NCBI GenBank assembly: GCA_014728035.1
Contig: WJMJ01000011.1
Span: forward strand, 1 to 16,518
Reading direction: 5' to 3'
DNA length: 16,518 bases
Origin: Promethearchaeota archaeon
GTDB taxonomy: Archaea; Asgardarchaeota; Thorarchaeia; Thorarchaeales; Thorarchaeaceae
Both the position numbers and the translations under genes were made by a program. The notes below the pieces were generated by a model that saw nothing but the letters and a program-made list of their open reading frames with translations, was not told the DNA's origin and did no database searches. This document shows, piece by piece, positions 8,032-15,404 of this stretch. Within the stretch, counting starts at the first letter, position 1. Each line of letters begins with the position of its first letter.

Positions 8032-9581
8032 TACACAATCACCTCAATTAATAACACGAATCGAACCCATCTCGCACCAGCAGATGGATATAGATGATAG
8101 CCCATACCAGGAGGGGAAGTCTGCTGGCAATCAGAATTACTATAAGCCTCATCCTCTGGCATCATGACTATACGGAACCCATCATGCCATTCAGGAACTT
8201 TGGTACCATTGTATTCATACGCTAATACCATATCGCCCTGTTTCGAATACCAACTCTCATTAGGATATATATTATCGTATGAGAACATTTGACCAAATCC
8301 ATCATGAGCTATTATCCGAATCTTTGCACTAGAAGATATACCACCCACAATATCCAATAAATTGGACAGCTTTACACCAATATACTCACCATAACCTCGC
8401 CAGTTATCATATTGATTCTGAAAAGATGAGAACCCAGAAATTTTTGTTAGCTGTTGTAAATCGTTAATTGAAAGTGTGACATCCTCATCAATTCCTCTAA
8501 CTACCAGCATATTATTTTGAAATGAGGGGGCTTCAAGTTCAATCGGACCAATATCAAATCCAGTTGTACGGATGGTCACATTTGTGTAATGGTAAAACCC
8601 ACCATTTTCTGGGGAAGCATATAGACTCGCACCAGCACCACCGGAAATAACATGAGTAACATCGTTTTTTACGACCAAACTGAACATATGAATGTGCCCA
8701 GAAAATAACACATTTACTCGATATTCTTCAAAAATTGCGAGAATTGCACTAGCTGTAGCCGAGTCAATAAGGGAGTGATTACCGCCAGGACGTGGATCGA
8801 ATAGTGGCATGTGAGTGATTGCAATTTTTTTCTCATAAGGAGTTGCAGAAAGAGTGTTCTCAAGCCAGACAATATCATCTTGCGAAACAGTACCTGAAGA
8901 TGTATCAAAAGAGAGGAATAAGACCTGTTTATAGACAAACGAAAACCTTGTTGGTCCAAAAAAGTCATCAAACCGTTCTAATCCTCCTAAACGTATATCA
9001 TGATTGCCCGGGGTTGTAAATACAGGGACTGTTGATTTTGAAAGAGCAGATGAAACTGATTCGTATTGGTTCTTTTGACCGAAGGGGGTTAAATCTCCAC
9101 AATGGAGCAGAAAATCAGGATGAAATTCATTTGCATCAGATACGATTTGTTCAATCCCACCTTGAAAGCCCTGAGAGTCTCCAAACACAAAGAAATTCAG
9201 TGGAGTGCTATCATCTACCGTAGAAAATTCCAATGAAACATCTAAATTGGTAGGGTTAATCTCAATAATCGTTGAAATAGATGTATTTCTAATAAACAAA
9301 TAGTCAGTGGTGCTCTCTACATTCAACTGAGTAGGGATGATATTGGTGACATTCATATGAAAAACACCAAGATCATAAGAACCATTCCAACTGAGATGAA
9401 TCATAAAGTCTAAGCTAGATGCCCTAACTATGGCAGAATCGGATTCAATATGTAGTACATGACCCCCTTCCACAGATATAGTAGGAGGAGATCGAAATGG
9501 ATTAATTATAGTTACAACTATGATAAATCCGGTCAATATGACCAATACTGAAATACCAAGGGCAACGGTTCTTTTTTCCAT
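8031..9581 (-). CDS. Membrane-anchored calcineurin-like metallophosphoesterase fused to a C-terminal molybdopterin-oxidoreductase-like domain
   Basis: N-terminal signal anchor; motifs GDSQ, GDLT, GNHD, THMP, GHIH; C-domain YIGVKLSNLL, AHDGF, LAYEYNG, GFRIVM, RWVRFVLLIEV; TAATG coupling to the S gene with a GAGGTGA SD. Confidence 0.85.
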   Translation of the reverse strand: MEKRTVALGISVLVILTGFIIVVTIINPFRSPPTISVEGGHVLHIESDSAIVRASSLDFMIHLSWNGSYDLGVFHMNVTNIIPTQLNVESTTDYLFIRNTSISTIIEINPTNLDVSLEFSTVDDSTPLNFFVFGDSQGFQGGIEQIVSDANEFHPDFLLHCGDLTPFGQKNQYESVSSALSKSTVPVFTTPGNHDIRLGGLERFDDFFGPTRFSFVYKQVLFLSFDTSSGTVSQDDIVWLENTLSATPYEKKIAITHMPLFDPRPGGNHSLIDSATASAILAIFEEYRVNVLFSGHIHMFSLVVKNDVTHVISGGAGASLYASPENGGFYHYTNVTIRTTGFDIGPIELEAPSFQNNMLVVRGIDEDVTLSINDLQQLTKISGFSSFQNQYDNWRGYGEYIGVKLSNLLDIVGGISSSAKIRIIAHDGFGQMFSYDNIYPNESWYSKQGDMVLAYEYNGTKVPEWHDGFRIVMMPEDEAYSNSDCQQTSPPGMGYHLYPSAGARWVRFVLLIEVIV

Positions 9582-9602
9582 AATGTTTCACACACAAGAG
9601 AT

Positions 9603-9640
9603 AGTGATATGCATGACGATATACTTCGGGCATTTAAAAG
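9603..9640 (-). promoter_or_regulatory. Putative TATA box (TTTTAAAT, 9639-9632) with a downstream TATAT-N7-CATAT element
   Basis: TATA-like element about 50 nt upstream of the phosphoesterase ATG; imperfect palindrome at 9603-9625. Confidence 0.4.
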
Positions 9641-9665
9641 AACATTAAGATTTGGGAAATGACGA

Positions 9666-10427
9666 TTACTGTTGCGGAAGGCCAGATATACGAATGGTAC
9701 GAGCAAGGGACAGCAATTCAGTGCTCTTTCTCCACAAGGCGGTTTTTTCGAGTGTGTTTGCAATAACACCAGAATAAACAGTTTTCAGATGAGGAGTTAA
9801 CTCCAATTTTGATAGTGACAGATAGGTTTCAAAAAGATTCCAAACAAGTTGATACTTTCGAGCATCTCCAATTGGATCAGTGTCAAGAATACTAGCTGCG
9901 ACGCCACCAATGTCTTTAATCCAGCTACCCGATGATGATTCTTCAAAATCAATTCCAATGATGCTATCATCAAAGATGAAATTACGTAATCGAGGGTCTC
10001 CCTTAATACGACCAGATACACTATGATATTCGTTGTACCATTCAGCTAGAAGTTTGGTTGTGTTTACAGAGAAGGTTTCATTTAGAACATCAACCAAAGG
10101 ACGGCCTGCCACATAGGACATCAAGATAACACCATCTTCAGCACCTAAGACAGTAGGGACAGAAACTCCGTTCTTGGCACACAGTAGAAGCTGCTCTAAC
10201 TCCTTTGTAAAAAATTCAGTCAGAAAGAGCTTGGCAACCAGATGATCATTACCAACTCGAAATGAGAAGACTATATTCTTTTTGCTTCTGAATCGCTTCA
10301 CATCAGCAGCCTCGGCAACAACCCCATACCTCTTTGAGAGAAGAGTTTCAAGAACTTCGAATCGGTCGAGAGGTGCTACAGCTCCATCCAATCCAGTTTG
10401 GAGCGCGTCATTCTCAATAAGTCGCAT
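9666..10427 (-). CDS. Atypical kinase of the protein-kinase-like superfamily (RIO/Bud32/Kdo/APH-like)
   Basis: VAKLF (beta3 Lys), KELEQL (helix C Glu), GVSVPTVL, LMSYVAG hinge, catalytic loop KGDPRLRNF, DFE. Start taken at ATG10427; the track start is 10466. Confidence 0.8.
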   Translation of the reverse strand: MRLIENDALQTGLDGAVAPLDRFEVLETLLSKRYGVVAEAADVKRFRSKKNIVFSFRVGNDHLVAKLFLTEFFTKELEQLLLCAKNGVSVPTVLGAEDGVILMSYVAGRPLVDVLNETFSVNTTKLLAEWYNEYHSVSGRIKGDPRLRNFIFDDSIIGIDFEESSSGSWIKDIGGVAASILDTDPIGDARKYQLVWNLFETYLSLSKLELTPHLKTVYSGVIANTLEKTALWRKSTELLSLARTIRISGLPQQ

Positions 10428-10515
10428 ATCAATCGTAAATGATATTCTGTTATTAGAGATTATCATTTACCAATTAAATTAAAACAACATGAACCCATTA
10501 TGTCCTGAACGAACC

Positions 10516-10734
10516 ATGACAGGCAGAATCTGTAATGTTGAACGGAACAAGGAACGCTGTGGATGTACATATCCCGGATGCTCAAGACAAGGCTATTGTT
10601 GTGATTGTCTCCACTACCACTGGAAAAACCGAGAATTACCTGGGTGCCTATTTCCAAAAGATGCCGAAAAAACGTATAATAGATCACTCGAAAAATTCAT
10701 TGAAGTATGGAGCGAAAAATTAGGAAAGAAATAG
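10516..10734 (+). CDS. Small Cys-rich protein, DUF6485-like
   Basis: C..N...CxCTY..C.R.G.CCxC..YH....LPxC.F....EKTY.RS pattern; start ATG10516 or ATG10489. Confidence 0.8.
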   Translation: MTGRICNVERNKERCGCTYPGCSRQGYCCDCLHYHWKNRELPGCLFPKDAEKTYNRSLEKFIEVWSEKLGKK

Positions 10735-10744
10735 ACTAAAAATG

Positions 10745-10822
10745 TGGCGGGCACGCCAGGATTTGAACCTGAGATACCCTGCTCCGAAGGCAGGTGCCTT
10801 ATCCATACTAGACTACGTGCCC
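10745..10822 (-). tRNA. tRNA-Arg(UCG), CCA encoded, no intron
   Basis: Reverse complement GGGCACG-TA-GTCT AGTATGGATA AGGC-A-CCTGC CTTCGGA GCAGG-GTATC-TCAGG TTCAAAT CCTGG-CGTGCCC-G-CCA folds as a full cloverleaf. Confidence 0.97.
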
Positions 10823-10883
10823 GACTCAATCGGGAGAAATTTACTCTTAAGCACTTCCTTTTCGGACAAGCTAAATCAAGTTT

Positions 10884-11750
10884 TCAGAAGAGAACATAGG
10901 AAGAGTAATCGTTGATGAAGTCATCTGAGAGGGGATTTCCAGACAATAGGACTTCCTGCATATCCGAAAGATAGGAAAGTACAGATAATTCGATATATGA
11001 AAGATGATTATCAGAAAGGTCCAAGATATTTAGTGAGGGCAGCTCAGCTAAAGGACGAAGGTCTATTTTCGACAAGTTATTTGCTCCAAGAACAAGAGAA
11101 TGAAGCGATGAGCATTCTGCTAAAGGTGACAAATCAACGGTGTTAAGCTGATTATCACTGAGATTTAAAATCCGTAGTTCTCTACAGGCAGATAATGAAG
11201 TCAAATCAATTTCTCTTATTTGATTTCGATTTAGAAGAAGAATCCGAAGTTCAGAACAGGTATTCAAAGGATCAAGAACAACATGGGATAAGGCATTGAA
11301 AGCAATCGAAAATTCTCTGAGACGTTCTAGTGATTGTAAAGGGCTCAAATCAATCTGTTCCAAGTACGTTCGAGTTAACCGTATAGATTCCAGACATTGA
11401 ATCGAAGAAATAGGCCCCAAATCAATAGTGTGAAGAGGATTGTATGAAAGAGAAAATCTCTGAAGGGAAGGATGATACATTAGAGGCGTCAAATCAATAT
11501 TCAAGAGAGAATTGTGACTCAAATCAAGCCACTCTAGTTCTTTACATTCAGTCAACGATTCAAGGTCTAATTTTACCAAGTTATTTCTCGAAAGAACTAA
11601 CTTACTTAGATTTGAGAAATTAGCAAGTGCAGAAAAATCTAATTCGTAAATGTCCATATTTCGCAGATTGATTGTCATGGAATCAATTGGAAAGCTGATG
11701 ACACCAATTGTGCCATCAGTTTTTATAAAATCCAATTGAATGGTCTTCAA
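10884..11750 (-). CDS. Leucine-rich repeat protein (about 10 repeats of 24 aa)
   Basis: Repeated LxxLxLxxNxLxxIDLxPLxxCxxL. Likely TTG start at 11750 after GGTGG; the alternative TTG11768 overlaps the mtnA stop. Confidence 0.92.
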   Translation of the reverse strand: MKTIQLDFIKTDGTIGVISFPIDSMTINLRNMDIYELDFSALANFSNLSKLVLSRNNLVKLDLESLTECKELEWLDLSHNSLLNIDLTPLMYHPSLQRFSLSYNPLHTIDLGPISSIQCLESIRLTRTYLEQIDLSPLQSLERLREFSIAFNALSHVVLDPLNTCSELRILLLNRNQIREIDLTSLSACRELRILNLSDNQLNTVDLSPLAECSSLHSLVLGANNLSKIDLRPLAELPSLNILDLSDNHLSYIELSVLSYLSDMQEVLLSGNPLSDDFINDYSSYVLF

Positions 11751-11764
11751 ATCTATGCCACCAA

Positions 11765-12799
11765 TCAAGCTTCATAGAGCTTGCGCATCTTCTCTTCAGT
11801 AGGGGCCTTTACCACACCTTTATCGGTAATGATAGCCTCCACCAAATCTGGGGGAGTCATATCAAATGCAGGATTATACACCTTGGCAGTAGGTACGGTA
11901 ACATATTCATCATTGATAATACGAATTTCATCTTCATTGCGTTCTTCAATAATCACATCTTCAGGATTTGTTTCCATATCTATTGTTGACCAAGGAGCTA
12001 CTGTATAGAAGGGGATGTTATGATATTTTGCGGTTATGGCCATTGTGTATGTTCCGATCTTATTTATCACATGGCCGGTGCGAAGAATTCGGTCAGCACC
12101 AACGACACAACAATCAACCCGCCCCTGTCTGAAAACAGTACCAATCATTCCGTCCGTGATTAGCGTAACATCAATGTCATCCTCCATAAATTCAAAAACG
12201 GTTAGCATTGCTCCTTGCATTCGAGGACGTGTTTCTACTGCATATACTTTGATATCAGAATATTCTTCATGTGCAACTCGAACAACTCCACCAACAGTGC
12301 CAAGATGAACTGTAGCCAGAGAACCAGCATTACATATGGTCTGAATTGTGTAGCCAGGTTTTATCAAAGATAATGCATGCTCACCCATTTGCCTACACAT
12401 ACGAACATCTTCTTCTGCAATTTCTTTAGCCTCCTCTATCAACTGCTGAATTATATCCTCTGCAGTACCAGCCAAGGATCTAGCTTTGTTGAGCATTCGT
12501 CTAGTGGCCCATGTTAGATTGTAAGCAGTAGGACGGGTATTCAGAGTGTCTGCAGCTTTTTCTAAATATGATATGATCTCATCTTTTGTCCGTGCATTGC
12601 TCTCAATGGCTGCTAATGCCATTCCCATACCAGCTGCAGCACCAATTGCTGGAGCTCCTCGAATTTCCATGATTTTTATTGACTTGGCAATTCTTTTGTG
12701 GCTATCAGTAACCACATGTTCAACCTTCAAAGGTAACTTTGTCTGATCAACAAGACGAACCTGATTTGATTCATCAAGCCATTCAATTGTTCTAAACAT
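11765..12799 (-). CDS. mtnA: S-methyl-5-thioribose-1-phosphate isomerase (eIF2B-related family)
   Basis: DQTKLP, MEIRGAPAIG, TRPTAYNL, CNAGSLAT, ETRPRMQG, VGADRI, NKIGTY, NPAFDMTP. Confidence 0.92.
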   Translation of the reverse strand: MFRTIEWLDESNQVRLVDQTKLPLKVEHVVTDSHKRIAKSIKIMEIRGAPAIGAAAGMGMALAAIESNARTKDEIISYLEKAADTLNTRPTAYNLTWATRRMLNKARSLAGTAEDIIQQLIEEAKEIAEEDVRMCRQMGEHALSLIKPGYTIQTICNAGSLATVHLGTVGGVVRVAHEEYSDIKVYAVETRPRMQGAMLTVFEFMEDDIDVTLITDGMIGTVFRQGRVDCCVVGADRILRTGHVINKIGTYTMAITAKYHNIPFYTVAPWSTIDMETNPEDVIIEERNEDEIRIINDEYVTVPTAKVYNPAFDMTPPDLVEAIITDKGVVKAPTEEKMRKLYEA

Positions 12800-12810
12800 A
12801 GTAAATCATC

Positions 12811-13299
12811 TCATCTATTTTTCAAGACCCGTTTCAGCATTTTCACGATGCCAATTGCGACCTCATATATCTTTGGAGTCAAGCCCTCTCCAAATTGAAG
12901 ATTTTGAGGTTGAATACCAAGTAGAACTGTTTGTGCTCCTGTTTCTTGTTCTAAATATAACATCAACAAAGAAAGAGGCATACTATGAGTACTTATTGTA
13001 ATACCCTTAATTCGATCTTTAGTGACAAGTTCAATATGTCCAACTTGCTTTTGCATATCAGCAGCATCTATCATGATAATCCGTTCTGCACCAAATTCTG
13101 CCAGGGGTCTTGCAAACGCTTCTGGAACGGAACCAACATTTTCAACTAGAACATCAGAATCATCGATAGATAGATTCTTCACAATATAAGGACCAACCCC
13201 ATCATCAGTACGAAGGTCATTCCCAATACCGAGTATCGCAATCTTATGTATACCCTGAACAAAATGTTTCAATTCAGATTCTACACCGAAGTCGTTCAC
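12811..13299 (-). CDS. hycI: Hydrogenase maturation endopeptidase, HycI type
   Basis: ILGIGNDLRTDDGVG, VPE, IDAAD, STHSMPL, LLGIQP. Confidence 0.9.
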   Translation of the reverse strand: MNDFGVESELKHFVQGIHKIAILGIGNDLRTDDGVGPYIVKNLSIDDSDVLVENVGSVPEAFARPLAEFGAERIIMIDAADMQKQVGHIELVTKDRIKGITISTHSMPLSLLMLYLEQETGAQTVLLGIQPQNLQFGEGLTPKIYEVAIGIVKMLKRVLKNR

Positions 13300-13393
13300 A
13301 AAGAATCATTAATAGTATAACCTATAGTTCTTACTCTTTGTCAGGTCGAAGGATTTTTCTCGGATAGGAAATGCAAATAATAAGGCGAGAATA

Positions 13394-13996
13394 ATGTCAG
13401 AAGAATCCGAAGTGATGGAAAATGTACAAGATGAAGAGGAGGAGGAGGATCCAGCTTACGTCATTTATAAAGACGGAAAGGGTTATGTTCCAAAGGAAGA
13501 ATCTGACAGAATTTCTCAACAAGGCTTCTATGGAACTCGGCTTGATAGTGGAGAACTTGAACTCAAACCAATAGAAATTCTCCACCTAATAGAGAGAAAA
13601 AGAATAGTCATAGCTACTGATGACAGCAAAGAAATTCTTGCAAAAGACATAGTAAGTGATAGAATTCAAGATGATGAGGACATATGGGTTAAATATTTGG
13701 TTTTTCGGGACCTCAGAAGTAGAGGGTATGCAGTACGAGAAGGATTTGGAGGGGGTATCGATTTTCGAGTATATGCAAGGGGAGAGAAGCCAGGTCAATC
13801 CAATGCAAACCTTTTGATCTATGTAATGCGTGAAGGAGTTGCAATCTCACTAACTGACTTAGATATGGTAACTGAAGCAGCGTCTGCTTCAAGAAAGAAA
13901 CTTATCTTCGCTCTTGTAGACCAAAATGGAGAAGTCAATTATTACAAAGTCGCACAATCGAAACTTAAAGGAGAAACAGATATAGAAAATGAATGA
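13394..13996 (+). CDS. endA: tRNA splicing endonuclease subunit, likely structural (beta-type)
   Basis: L..IE.LHL N-domain; KYLVFRDLRSRGY.VREG..G.DFRVY; SRKKL..A.VD..G.V.YY. The KYG motif and catalytic His are absent. Confidence 0.88.
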   Translation: MSEESEVMENVQDEEEEEDPAYVIYKDGKGYVPKEESDRISQQGFYGTRLDSGELELKPIEILHLIERKRIVIATDDSKEILAKDIVSDRIQDDEDIWVKYLVFRDLRSRGYAVREGFGGGIDFRVYARGEKPGQSNANLLIYVMREGVAISLTDLDMVTEAASASRKKLIFALVDQNGEVNYYKVAQSKLKGETDIENE

Positions 13997-15260
13997 TGAT
14001 TGGGATGAGGATTTCGAAGAGCACATCACAGCACTAGAGAAATTCTTTGATGAACGTACAATGAGTGTGCATCTAGTTGAGAGAAATCCACCTCGAGCGA
14101 AACGAGGAGGCCCTGGAAATTGGGAGCTTGTATCACTCTCAGAAAGAATCCTCACCTACGAGGAATTAGATATACTAGCAGAAGCAATAATCGAAACTGC
14201 AAGATATGATCAGGACTCATTCATAGAAATTGATGAGGAGGGTGCTGCGGTAGTTCAATTGCGAAACTTCAGAATAGCTATAGCTAGAAGACCCTTTGCG
14301 GATAAAATGGAGATATCAGCAATTCGCCCAATAACTAAATTGGACATTAATGAATATCATCTTAGTACAAAACTAATGAAGCGACTTGAAACACGAGCTG
14401 AAGGCATCTTGATTTCAGGCTCACCAGGTTCTGGAAAGAGTACATTCGCAGCTGCCTTAGCAGAATTTTACAGCCAAAAGGGGAATGTTGTAAAAACACT
14501 GGAACAGCCGAGAGATTTACAAGTTTCTGAAGAGATTGTACAATACGCACCACTAGATGGGAGTATGGAAAAGGCCGCTGATGTATTACTACTGGTCCGA
14601 CCTGACTTTGTATTTGTTGATGAACTTCGAAAGGACCGAGATTTTGCAATTTACTCAGATTTGCGGTCAGCAGGAACAGGTATGGTCGGTGTGGTTCACG
14701 CGGGTTCTGCAATTGATGCAATACAGAGACTGATTCATGGTGGAAGAGTTGAACTTGGTCAAGTTCCAAGTACCGTTGACACGGTGCTTCAAATAGAAGC
14801 AGGACGTGTTGCCAAAGTCATCTCACTCACCCTTAAGGTTAAACTGCCTACTGGAATGAGTAGTTCGCAACGAGACCTCGCCAGACCAGTTGTGGAAATT
14901 CGGGACTTTGAACAGGGATATCTTGAGCATGAGATATTTATGTTCGGTGGCGAAAAAGTAGTTGTTCCTGTAAGGGGAGGAACAAGTCAGACACCATCAA
15001 CACAATTCCGAAGTAAACGTGGGACACCAGGAGAATCAGTACCAGTATCTGTTAGTTACTCAAAAAAGAAAGTTAAGGTCTATGCAGGTCGTAAATATTC
15101 AAAGACCCGCCTTGAAATTTTCGCAGATGAACAATATCTCTTCACAACAGTTATCGGAAGAAATGGAGAGAGCTCAATACGAATCAAAACGCGCCAAGGA
15201 AGTATGCTTGTTGATGCAATGGAAGAGGGTGCTATTATCACTGCAAAAGTAGCTCAGTAA
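13989..15260 (+). CDS. PINA-family (PilT/VirB11-like) ATPase lacking PIN and KH domains
   Basis: FFDERTMSVHL, RAEGILISGSPGSGKSTFA, TLEQPRDL, LLVRPD...DELR, GVVHA...IDAIQR, DLARPV and the C-terminal YLFT domain; 8-nt overlap with endA. Confidence 0.85.
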   Translation: MNDDWDEDFEEHITALEKFFDERTMSVHLVERNPPRAKRGGPGNWELVSLSERILTYEELDILAEAIIETARYDQDSFIEIDEEGAAVVQLRNFRIAIARRPFADKMEISAIRPITKLDINEYHLSTKLMKRLETRAEGILISGSPGSGKSTFAAALAEFYSQKGNVVKTLEQPRDLQVSEEIVQYAPLDGSMEKAADVLLLVRPDFVFVDELRKDRDFAIYSDLRSAGTGMVGVVHAGSAIDAIQRLIHGGRVELGQVPSTVDTVLQIEAGRVAKVISLTLKVKLPTGMSSSQRDLARPVVEIRDFEQGYLEHEIFMFGGEKVVVPVRGGTSQTPSTQFRSKRGTPGESVPVSVSYSKKKVKVYAGRKYSKTRLEIFADEQYLFTTVIGRNGESSIRIKTRQGSMLVDAMEEGAIITAKVAQ

Positions 15261-15263
15261 GTT

Positions 15264-15280
15264 GGGCAAAAACTTTAACA
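15264..15280 (+). promoter_or_regulatory. BRE/TATA-like promoter of tRNA-Arg(CCU)
   Basis: GGGCAAAAA-CTTTAACA about 30 nt upstream of the tRNA 5' end. Confidence 0.55.
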
Positions 15281-15307
15281 ACATACACACCACTCAAGAA
15301 GCGCACT

Positions 15308-15404
15308 GGGCCCGTTGCCTAGCCCGGATAGGGCACCAGCCTCCTAATGGCATTCAAAGCATGGAGAGAGTTGGTTTTCGCCGGTTCGAATCCGGCCGGG
15401 CCCG
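15308..15404 (+). tRNA. tRNA-Arg(CCU) with a 22-nt intron at position 37/38; CCA not encoded
   Basis: Acceptor GGGCCCG/CGGGCCC plus discriminator G; anticodon stem CCAGC/GTTGG; loop CTCCTA^A; T arm GCCGG TTCGAAT CCGGC. Confidence 0.95.
15347..15368 (+). other. tRNA intron with a relaxed bulge-helix-bulge motif
   Basis: ATGGCATTCAAAGCATGGAGAG; central helix CTCC/GGAG, with 3-nt TA^A and AG^A at the splice sites. Confidence 0.9.

Noticed and set aside
6973-8515. Active sulfite-oxidase/MsrP-type molybdoenzymes
   Set aside because: Both domains lack the Mo-ligating Cys and there is no Tat signal or heme partner, so a binding role is more plausible
10614-10829. 71-aa ORF (and the 64-aa ORF at 15347-15541)
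   Set aside because: They overlap tRNA genes and real CDSs; spurious
11765-12799. Translation factor eIF2B subunit or ribose-1,5-bisphosphate isomerase
   Set aside because: The DQTKLP N-terminus, RGAPAIG, CNAGSLAT and NPAFD motifs fit the MtnA branch better
10745-15404. Integrated element bounded by two tRNA-Arg genes
   Set aside because: Both tRNAs are complete, different isoacceptors on opposite strands; no att duplication or integrase; the enclosed genes are housekeeping-type
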